64,000 bases of DNA. Source: Podarcis vaucheri. Taxonomy: Eukaryota. Below the pieces are notes generated by a model. That model saw only the letters and a list, made by a program, of their open reading frames with translations, had not been told where the DNA came from and searched no databases. Positions 50,671 to 61,400 of the stretch are shown piece by piece. Numbering within the stretch: the stretch's first letter is position 1; every line of letters begins with the position of its first letter. Location: the NCBI GenBank assembly GCA_965113315.1, contig OZ220371.1, one strand, 5' to 3'. The translations under genes and the position numbers were made by a program.

Positions 50671-50911
50671 CAGTGTTACCTCAGTTTAAGAACAGTCCTG
50701 TTTAGGAATGATTCGGTTTACAAACTCCGCAAAACCGAAAGTAGTGTCCCAATTTGAGAACTTTACCTCGGTCTAAGAACAGAATCCAAATGGTGGAAGG
50801 GCACCGGCAGCGGGAGGCCTCATTAGCGAAAGCGCACCTCGGTTTCAGAACGGTTTAGGTTTAAGAACGGACTTCCGGAACAGATTAAGTTAGTAAACCG
50901 AGGTATCACTG
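50671..50911. mobile_element. Tc1/mariner (Tigger-like) MITE, 241 bp
   Basis: TA|CAGTGTTACCTCAGTTTA ... TAAACCGAGGTATCACTG|TA. Confidence 0.85.
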
Positions 50912-51611
50912 TACAGGGACTCCCTGTCCAGATTAAAACATTTGTGTGGAAGAGGGTGGAATTGAACCTTTCCTACTTGTGTCTTATTTTTCCTTGACAT
51001 GCTTCCCACCCCTGCCATGGGTGGAAAGCTGCTTTTGCTATGGGAGGAAAAACTATTTGCCATAGGTGCAAATAGCAGCTTTGAAGAGGAAATGGTCGAA
51101 GGAAAAAGGGTTAATCCTTCTCTCTCCGCCACCATTTCTATGCCATGTTCCTGCTGCAGATCAAGTCCCCCTGCAATTTTGTTTAGTGGCAAATACAATC
51201 ACATATATAGTAAATTGTCCAGGTTGGGATCTGAAACAATATGTGGCACCTATCTCCACCCTCTAAGAGGAATTCTTTCCAACCTAGAACAGCCATAGTT
51301 CTGTTCAGTTATGGATTTTAAGCAGGGGAAATATCTTTTATCTTCCTTGTTTGCCTACAAGATTTTCTGCTATACTATATAGTACTAGAGGGCCGGCTGT
51401 CATCTCCTAAAATGCTTTATTGCTATTTAGCAAAGTGGTGGTTCTGGAGGGCTGTGGAATCTGTGGCCCCTCGTATGAACTTCCACTTCTTTCAATCCCA
51501 GCCAGTGGACCAGTGCATTCTAGGAATTGAATAAAGGTAATAATGAACTCTCGTCTACATTTCCATGATACTTACTTTTATCATATTTTGTTCCTTATCA
51601 ACCATATGTAG

Positions 51612-51737
51612 GTACTAGAAGGAAAGCCCATCTACGTGGACTGCTTTGGGAATCTAGTACCACTAACAAAGAGCGGCCAACATCACATATTCAGTTTTTA
51701 TGCCTTCAAAGAAAATAGACTTCCACTGTTTGTCAAG
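51612..51737 (+). CDS. ANK2: ANK2 exon, 126 nt, UPA ([42 protein letters not shown])
   Basis: atgtag|GTACTA ... GTCAAG|gtaata. Confidence 0.96.
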
Positions 51738-52181
51738 GTAATAGATACAAGTCCATATCTAAACTTTCATTTTATTTGGTGGCGACTATTCAGAATATTC
51801 AACAAGCAGAAACAGCCCATCCATATACAGCCAGAAACCACCATTCTTTAACTATTTTAATAATAGCACCAAAGCTGATGAACTGCATTTCAAGGGCAGT
51901 GGTCTACTTTATCCCCTTTTGTGAACCTAGATGTGCATCAGAGCTTCGGCATTTTATGCAATGGAATGAGAAACGGCAAATCGGGGGTGGAGGGTGGGAG
52001 TAGTTGCCTGAACATTCACCATGTTTCAAATTAAAACCAAAGATCTATAAAAATGTTGATATCTGTCCTCTGGCTTTAGATCTCCCTTTGGAGATTCAAC
52101 ATTTTCACTTTAAGGCAGAAATATTAAAGTTTCTTTAAGCAGGGTTTAATGGCAGTGGGTAAACAGAACTTTACTTAGGTA

Positions 52182-52365
52182 CTGTCATACCTCTGGTTGC
52201 AAACGTGATCCATGCAGGAGGCATGTTCACAACTCGCAGCATTCGTAGCCTTAAGTGCTGTGTCTGCGCACACACGTGACGCAATTCGGTGCTTCTGCAC
52301 ATGTGCAAGCAGTCCGCAACCCAAAAACACGCAACCCACAGCGTTCATAACTCGAGGTATGACTG
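52182..52365. mobile_element. Tc1/mariner (Tigger-like) MITE, 184 bp
   Basis: TA|CTGTCATACCTC ... GAGGTATGACTG|TA. Confidence 0.8.
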
Positions 52366-52488
52366 TATGTCTTAATCCATACATTTAATACATTTGCATC
52401 ATAAATTTTTTATAATTTTGTCTCTGTAGTATTTTATATCTCTTTAAGCTGTAGCATTGTGTGTGTTTTGCTTTGCTTTTTGCACTAG

Positions 52489-52611
52489 GTCCGAGACACA
52501 ACACAAGAACCTTGTGGGCGCTTGTCATTTATGAAGGAGCCTAAATCTTCTAGAGGCCTCGTACATCAAGCCATCTGCAATCTGAATATCACATTGCCAA
52601 ATTACACAAAG
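52489..52611 (+). CDS. ANK2: ANK2 exon, 123 nt, UPA ([41 protein letters not shown])
   Basis: cactag|GTCCGA ... ACAAAG|gtactg. Confidence 0.96.
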
Positions 52612-52796
52612 GTACTGCATAATACAATGAAAAGATCTTTGCTCACATACTAGCTGGCACACTGAAATTTCAGAGCTCCTAATCCCTGGCTTTGTTTTGC
52701 ACAAACTACATGGAGTGGCTTATCTTTTGGGTTAAGTGGCTGTGAATTTTTATTTTTAAGACTTTAATTGAATACTTTTTAATATTACACATAGAG

Positions 52797-52929
52797 TAGG
52801 ATTGGGGAGCCCGTGGCCCTCCAGATGTTGCCGAATTACATCTGTCAACATCTCCTCCTATTGGCTGTGCTGGATGGAGTGGATGGCAGTTGGAACATCA
52901 TCTGTAAGGCCATAGGTTCCTCACCCCTA
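52797..52929. mobile_element. Palindromic hAT-type MITE
   Basis: TAGGATTGGGGAGCCCGTGGCCCTCCAGATG ... GGCCATAGGTTCCTCACCCCTA; flanks ACATAGAG / ATATAGAG. Confidence 0.75.
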
Positions 52930-54056
52930 ATATAGAGGGTGCATTAATTATAGAGTATTCGCTAGATGGGTGGCTCTCACACCATGGCCTTGAATTTGCT
53001 CAGCAGCATCAATTTTCTGAGTTAAAAGTGTAAATACTGGGGATTATATCTATCCAAAGAGCCAACACCAAAAGAAGCCATCATATGATACTTTGCCGAT
53101 TTCTTGAGCATTAAGCCTAGTAGTTTGCTCAGACAGAAGTGTAGTGCTGGAGGAGAAAGACTGCAAAGGCACTTTAGAGTCTGTGTTCTCATATATATAT
53201 CACCTTCCTGCCCATTCTAAGTTGATCTGTGATCTTCAGTTTATTTGTGCCTCCAGCCATTCATAGGTAAGTCATGCACATAAGCAATTAAATGCATAGA
53301 ACAGAGGTCTCATGTGCACGATGTCTGTCTTCTCACTTTCATTGGAATTTGAAATATTACAGATTTAAGCTTGAAATATGAAGAGAGAACAATTAACACA
53401 TGCAAACTATGTTACATTTTCTTTGACATTCCAACCATGTATTTTCAGGGTTGGCACAAGAACTCCACTGCCACCTCTTCAATTTTGGGGGGTAGCAGCG
53501 TAGCATTACCCTGGAGAGTATCTGCTTGTTTTCAACAGTACTTGCTGTTGTCACAGCAATTCAGTGACATTCCTCAGAAAAATATATGGGGCAGTAGCAG
53601 ATTAGGAGACAGGACATGCCAAGCAGCCAACAGTAGTGATGGTGGGGGCAGCCCTACAGGTGGTGAATGGAGGTTCACAATCTGCTGCCTCTCCCAATCC
53701 ACTGCCTGAGCCAGCATGGCAAATGGCAGGTCCAATCTTGTATCCTAGGGTCGGGCTTGGTGGTTGAGAAATAGTATCTTGGCTTCTTTGAAATGCAGTA
53801 ATAAAAATCAAGCAAGAGCCTAAAATATCCAAACAGCTTCCCACTTTTTAATTATCTTAAGTCCCCAGCTTAAAAAAAATAATGAACTGATTCTCTTGTT
53901 CCCTTTTTTTCCTCCTTAGGAAAAAGTGCAGAAATTGTGTTCGTTTTGTACTCTTGCCAATTGAATATGACCAGAAATCATTCTTTTCCTTTAACTGCAT
54001 CCTATCTTTTCCTGCTCTGTTTTTCTCTTTTCTTGCATGGCATATTGGGCTGAAAG

Positions 54057-54089
54057 GAATCAGAATCAGATCAAGAACAGGAAGAAGAG
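54057..54089 (+). CDS. ANK2: ANK2 exon, 33 nt (ESESDQEQEEE)
   Basis: tgaaag|GAATCA ... GAAGAG|gtaatc; phase 0/0. Confidence 0.92.
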
Positions 54090-55232
54090 GTAATCTTGCT
54101 AATAGATCAGTACTGTATAAACCCTTGTGACCAAAATCGAAATTCCCTTGGGTATGCATGCGGAGGTTCACCAAGTCTCCCTGCAATGCACTCACTCATG
54201 GCTCCAGAGTCCTCAAACTCTGAGGAGCAACTTTTCAAATTGCAAAGAGCTGCAGTGGGGGGGGGGGAATAAAAACACAGTACATGTGATCTTTTAAATT
54301 TTTATTTGAGAATCGGAGTCAGTTTTTATAAATGCATTTAAAAATAAATAAATGAAATTGATTTTTTAAAAATAAAAATCAGAACTGTTTAGATGCAGAA
54401 ATAAATATGAAGTTCATTTTTTTAAAAAAATGTTGGATGTTGCAGAAATCAGTGCAGTGATACACTACATACCAAAACTCATTCAGATGCGATGCTAACC
54501 TATTATGTGAATGAGCCTTAGGTTTGTGCACTCCTCCCTCCTCTCTATTCCTTCCACGTTTTTGTTTTAGCCAAAGTTTATTATCTCCATCTCACCTTGC
54601 ATTTTAAAATTTAGAAAGGTGGGGATGAATATTATAATAGAACTGTATTGTTTCTATTCCCCCCCCCAAGCTAAATATTGCCCTCTCCCTCCAAAGAATT
54701 TCCACAAGGTAATAGAACCTTAGACACCTACTGTGATAACAAAGACATCTTAGGACATCTCAAGCTATGTATGTGGCTCCTACTTTTTTACTAACAAATG
54801 TGCCAGTATATTGTTCTTACACTTTCGCAAGTCGAGATACGAATAACCTGCTTACCACTTCCACCTTCTTTACTGTTTCTCCCTGTCCTGCTCAGTGATC
54901 TTTCTGTGTAAATTCCAACTTAGAGCCTAAATGCAACAAATTAACAATTTAGTTTATATGATAAAAGCAGGAACTAATTACCAAGGTTCATCAGTGGCTT
55001 AAAGGCATTGCTAGCTCTTATTAGAATTCAGCTTGTCTGGACAACCAGTTAAGTTGCAATACTCATCAGGAAGGAACTCCAATTGAATCCAGTGGGTTTT
55101 ACTTCCAAGAAAGTGTATTTAGGATTGACCTACAGGCTTCAATGGTAAATTAGCTGGTGTTCTAGGTGATATTTCTCACTGGTTGCTGTGACTCAAAGTG
55201 CTGTAACCATTTCACTCTGTGTTCTCTTTCAG

Positions 55233-55254
55233 ACTGACATGACATCAGAAAAAC
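55233..55254 (+). CDS. ANK2: ANK2 exon, 22 nt (TDMTSEK+1 nt)
   Basis: tttcag|ACTGAC ... AAAAAC|gtaaga; phase 0/1, matching the phase-1 giant-exon acceptor. Confidence 0.9.
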
Positions 55255-56659
55255 GTAAGATTGTAATAAAAATGTTATTTGTCTAATCATTAAGTTAAGC
55301 ATAAGAGAGTGTGCAAATTCTAATTGCCACTGATGATATTAATTTTCTAAAAGAATGATATAATAATGTAAATTTAGCTTTTAGCTTTTAGATGTTATTT
55401 AATATGTTACTAATAATTAAAATAAAAGTACTAAGACAGTTCATCTAAGCATTCACTTTCCTTTTGACATTCCCCTGGTGACCCCTGCTATTGCTGTTAG
55501 GCTTGTATAAATCCCCATATTTTATTTCATTTTTTATTTTGTATGTATGTTCACATAAAGTCATTGCATTTTATAAGTTAATTACAGTATCACCTTTAAA
55601 GATTCAGTTTCTATAAACTACCTTCATTAAATTATTTACATGCAATATGCATGTCCCTGTGTATAAAAGTGATACTGTTTTAAGTAACAAAGTTCCATAA
55701 TCCGTTTACCCTCTCTTACTTTGGTGAAGTATTTCAAAAAGCATAATTATGTATTGGGACATTGTCGCTAGCTATTATTGATTATACCTGTAGTTGGAAG
55801 TGGAGCAGGACAGGAAGGGGAATGATGGCAACAAGTGTTGGGGTAAAATCAGGTCACAAGTTCACTAAATTACAGCTTCCAGGCAGATCACGGCATGGGC
55901 AAAGGACCAAAACAACATGGCAGCCCTGCTACCAGTGATACTTTTCAACCCAGTTGCTGGAAGGTCAGTTTGGGGAAACAGCCAGCTTACGCCACTCATG
56001 TTGTCTGCTTTCATGAACCAGAAGCTATGGAAGATACTGCAGAGTGCAAACTGAGTGGAAGTGAGCCATTGGGCCCATAAGGCCATACTTACCCTGTAGG
56101 TGGAGCATGTAGCACCCCTCTTGCCCTAATGCTGTGGCCCCTGCCCAGTTCCAGTCCTCAGTTAGTTGGGCCAGAGTTCCTGACACGAAAATGAAAAATG
56201 AAACAATTAACATTTGCTATAAGGGATGCAAAAATTCTGTAACTAAACAGCCATTGACACAGGCAAGTGAAATTCTTTCATGGCCCCATCAGCCAGCAGC
56301 TGGAAACATGCAGTAAAAGAAACAGCTGCTTTTTCAGAAGCCTGGAAGGGCAGGGAAGGCAAACACTGCCATGAGTCCAGGCAGGGACTTGAACCTATAG
56401 CCCTGGAGTAGATCAGGTGGCAAAGTTCTCTCCCTAGTTCACCCTAAAAACTCACCCAAGAAAGGTCACCAGGCAGTGCTGAATTGCCAAAGGCAGTTTC
56501 CAGGCCATAGTGGTTTGGTCTAGGTGGGAGCTGTGCAAGGCAGCCCCATTCTTCCACTGGGCACAGTCGAAGTCCGTTGCTAAGGGAAGTAAGAAGTATA
56601 AATTAAAAAAGAGATCGTTACATTCTTAAATAATGAACTGTTTTGTAAAATGACTTCTG

Positions 56660-56961
56660 TTAATAATAAATAAATGAAAACAAAATTACTTATACCCCGC
56701 CCATCTGATGGGGTTGCCCCAGCAACTCTGGGTGGCCTCCAACTAAAATAACTAAAAGTATAATAAAACATCAAACATTTAAAACTTCCCAATATAGGGC
56801 TGCCTTCAGGTATCTTCAGAGAGTTGTATAGTTCTTTATTTCCTTTACATCTGATGGGAGGGCGTTCCACAGGGCGGGCGCCACTACCGAGAAGGCCCTC
56901 TGTTCCCTGTAACTTCACTTCTTGCAGTGAGGGAACTGCCAGGCCCTCGGAGCTGGACCTC
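56660..56961 (-). mobile_element. L2 LINE 3' fragment (antisense)
   Basis: TTATACCCCGCCCATCTG...GGGAGGGCGTTCCACAGGGCGGGCGCCACTACCGAGAAGGCCCTCTG. Confidence 0.75.
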
Positions 56962-58440
56962 AAATGATCAGGAAGTTACACTGGAAGCTACTTTTCAGCA
57001 GAAGAATGGGAGGTAAACATTCTTAAAATACATCATTAAATAAATCTTTTCATGCAGAATTGCAGGCTGCCTTGGGTCAGGTTCCTTTGTGTTTACCTCC
57101 TCTCTAGTTGGGCTCCTCCTCTGCTCTGCTTTTCTTCTCCATGATGCTCATTTCTTGGCCTTTTGGTCAAGTTACAGTATCATATAGTCTCAAAGTATAG
57201 CCAATTCCACGTGTTTGTGTTCCTAAATGATAAGAAATTTTAAAATGCTTTCATTCACACAAAACCCCTGAACAAATATGGGGGAGGGGAGACACATTAC
57301 TCTGAAGTAAGTTTTACTGTAAACATATTCCTGATGCTTTATATGTTAATAGTGGGGGTGGGGACAATACTTCACCATAGTATGTTGCATATGATTTTAA
57401 GCCTTTTTCATTTATAACCATCTTAAGTTTTGTTGGTGTCTTTTTTCCTTTTATTTTATTGTAAGGATACTTACCCTGCAATGTATGCAACAGCTTTGCT
57501 TTGCATGGAAATAACTTGGCTTACATATATATGTATATGTACTGTGTCTATTTGTGTCTGTGTGTGTGTATGTGCCCTGTATGAATGTTTTTGGTTGCCA
57601 TGCATTACATTCCCCCCTAACCTATGAATTCTCTGTTGAGCTAGTCACTATTTAAAATTCCCCTTCCCACTTTTTTATATTACCATCATCATCATCTCTT
57701 TCCCTTGATTTCCCCTCCATTTGTTTGAATAATGAGGATGTTCCAAGGAAAGGACCATTCCTCTTGAAATAAAAGCCTGCGTGTGTCTGTGTCACCATCT
57801 GAATGTAAGATTCCCCTTAGATGAAATGCCGGTTTGCAGCTGCCTCAGCTATCAATGCATTTCATTTACTCTAGATTATCTCAGAATTAAATGTAAATAC
57901 ACAACTTCTAACTTTGGTTCTTAAACAAAAGTTTACAACCGTTTATTACCTAATTTTGGTTCTGAAGTTTGCTACCACTGGCTTTCTCTTTGAGGAGATC
58001 AACTTCCAACCAACTTAACAATCTCCCCCCCACCCCACACACCTTTGTTCTCTGTTTTTATTTGAACATTGATCTGTAACATCTGGACAATCTTGAGATG
58101 CCTATCTTTGTGTAAATTCCACTGTTTCTTTTTCTTGCCCACTTTTGTTTTTCTAGTGTCCTTGGTTGATAAAAGCTTTGGTGTTGTATGTGTGTGTGTG
58201 CTGTACTGCGAAAACTAAGCAAGTTATTTCCTGCCCACTTTCCTTTTCAGTTTTCCCCCCGTTAGCTTTGCTTTGCTTTTTTTTCCACCCTCAGATTTGT
58301 GGATCCACCATACCCAGACAGTTTTGTTGACCCTCCTACCGCTGCAATCAAAGACAGTCATTTCAGTCCTGATTACATTTTTTCAATCTCTATTTTCGAT
58401 TTCCATTTATTTCCAATGTTTTTCCCCATTTGCATCAAAG

Positions 58441-61400
58441 ATGATGATGAAACAGAATCTACAGAAACATCTGTCCTGAAAAGTCACCTTGTCAATGAAG
58501 TCCCTGTCCTAGCCAGCCCAGACTTGCTATCTGAAGTCTCTGAGATGAAACAAGATTTGATTAAAATGAGTGCCATCTTGACCACAGACTCAGCTGAAAA
58601 GTCAGGCTCCATTAAGGTGAAGGACCTTGTGAAAGCTGCCGATGAAGAACCCGGAGAACCATTTGAGATTGTGGAAAGAGTTAAGGAGGATTTGGAAAAA
58701 GTGAACGAAATCCTGAGAAGTGGAAGCTGTCCAAAAGAAGGGCCAGTTCTTCAAAGATCCAGTTCTGAGAAAGAGCTGGCGGAAGAAGAATGGGTCCTTG
58801 TAAGCGATGAAGAAATAGAAGAGGCCAAGCAGAATGCTCCGCTGGAAGTTACCGAGCCTGTTTACACAGAAACTAGAATAGGCAAAGGGAAAACAGAGAA
58901 AGAAAAGAAAGACATGGCGGGAATGATCGATCATCTCAGCCAAGATCTAAAAGATTACATGTCACTTAATGAAATGCAGCCTAAGACATTACAAGAAGAC
59001 ATAGTAGGAGAGAGATTTGAAGCTGTGGTTGTAAGCAGGGGCTCTGAAAAAGGTGGGGGAAGCCATGAGAAGAAGCAGGTCCAGCAAAAACCTACCTTGG
59101 AAATTAAAAAACCAGTTAGGAAGAAATTAAAAGATAAACAAAAGCCAAAGGATGAAGAAACCAAAGGAAAGAAAGAACATTCAGGACTAACAAAGTTCAG
59201 CTCAGATGAGTCTATAGACGAAGAGGTCGGGTTAGCCCCTGCAGAGCCTTCCAAGGCAACAGCTGTGTCTCCTGTTATAGAAGAAACTCCTATAGGCTCA
59301 ATCAAAGATAAAGTGAAAGCCCTTCAGAAGAGAGTGGAAGATGAGCAGAAAGGACGTTCAAAATTGCCTGTTCGCACCCCAGGAAAAGAAGGGGCAACCG
59401 AGAAGTCTGTTGCAAAGCTATCGCAGCCTAAAAAAATTATTTACAAAGCGAAACCCCCATCTTCTCCCTCTGCCTCAAAGACCCCAGCTTCCCCCTCTGC
59501 CTCAAAAACGCCAGCTTCCCCTTCTGCCTCAAAAACACCAGCTTCTCCCTCTGCCTCAAAGACTGCAGCCTCCTCCTCTGCCTCAAAGATTCCCGCTTCT
59601 CCCTCTGCCTCAAAGACTGCAGCTTCCCCCTCTGCTTCAAAACTCTCCTCTCCCTCTACTAAGAAGCCAGCTGTTTCTCCCACAACTAAGAAGCCAGCTG
59701 TTTCTCCCACATCTAAAAAGCCACCCGTTTCTCCCACATCTAAGAAGCCACCTGTTTCTCCCACAACCAAGAAGCCGCCTGTTTCACCTTCTTCTAAAAC
59801 AGAGAGACTTGAAGAAACGATGTCTGTTCGTGAACTGATGAAAGCCTTCCAGTCAGGTCAAGATCCATCGAAGCATAAGGCTGGACTTTTTGAGCATAAG
59901 TCTGTGAAACAGAAACAGCAGGTCTCTGAGAAAGAGCCGGCTAAGAAAGGAGCTGCTCAGGCAGACACTGAAAAGAAGCAGGCAATGACACAAAGAGACA
60001 CACACAAAAAAGATAGTCCAAAAGGTAAAAAGAGCCAGGAACCTCAGGCAGAGGCAGGCTTGCAATCTAAGAAAGAGGCACAGGGTACTCTGAAAAAAGA
60101 TTTAGCCATGCAGCAGACAAAGCAGCAGAGTAGTAAAACTACAGAAAAAGATGTTCCAGCAACTGATGATGACAATGCAAAGGGTGTGGCCCTGACATTT
60201 GATGACCAAGGGGATACTGACCTTCAAATCAGCCCAGACAGAAAGACGTCCACAGATTTTACTGAGGTCATAAAGGAAGAGCTTGAGGAGAATGATAAAT
60301 ACCAACAGTTCCGGCACATTTCAATTACCGAGGAAGGTGAGCTTCACTTAGATCAAGTACTGACCAGTCCATTCAATGTTACATTTCCATCAGAATATGT
60401 GAAAGATGGTTTTTTGCCCGCTCTCTCCTTGCAAAGTGGTGCTCTGGATGGCAGCTCAGAAAGCCTTAAACATGAAGGCATAGCAGATTCTCCAGTTGGT
60501 AGCCTGCTTGATGGGACCCCTCAGATCAGCTCTGAGGAAAGTTATAAGCATGAGGGATTGGCCGAAACTCCAGAAACAAGCCCCGAGAGCCTCTCTTTTT
60601 CACCAAAGAAAACAGAAACTGCTGACCAGATGGAAGAAACAGAATTAGCCAGTACAGTGCAGAGAGCAGCAGAGGCACATTCACCAAAGGGACTTTCTCC
60701 AACAAAAAGTGAAAGGACTGTTGCTGACAAAGACATAAAAGTTATAATCGGCTCAGAGTCCCTCTCTCCTCGTTTGTCAGAAGAAGTAGAAGTTACAACC
60801 TCCAAAGAAGAGATAGGCAAATGTACAGATTCTAGCTCAACATTGATTGATAAGGATGCTGTCAGGGATGAGTTATCTATGGCTACTGAGCAAGGACATT
60901 TAACTAAGTTATCTGAAGTGCATGATACTATTTTAGAGAAAGAGGATCAGGCATCCTTTGAGCACCATGCCATTAGTAGAGGACTGGAGCTTTCACTTCC
61001 TAGCCAAGAGAGTGAAGGTCTTAGCCCAATTGCAGATGAATCCTTAGCTATAAGCCATAAAGATTCATTAGAAGCAAGCCCAGTACTGGAAGATAATTCC
61101 TCCCGTAAAACACCCGATTCCCTTGAGCCTAGTCCTACCAAAGAATCCCCCTGCCGTGATTCTCTTGAAAGCAGCCCCGTAGAACAGAAAACAAAGACTG
61201 GCTTCCCTCCAGGACCTGGTCCCATGCAGGCTGCCTTTGCCAAAGCAGAAAACTTCCCAGAGCTGACACCTGTGCGATCTAGACTTTTACGTGACCCTGA
61301 TGGCAGTGCTGAAGATGACAGTTTAGAGCAAACCTCTCTTATGGAAAGCTCAGGGAAAAGCCCTCTTTCACCCGAGACTCCCAGCTCTGAAGAAATTAGC

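Noticed and set aside
59341-59838. 165-aa + strand Pro/Leu/Gln-rich ORF, and the minus-strand ORFs 59437-59640 and 59441-59770
   Set aside because: Alternative-frame and antisense shadows of the 27-bp coding repeats in the giant exon.
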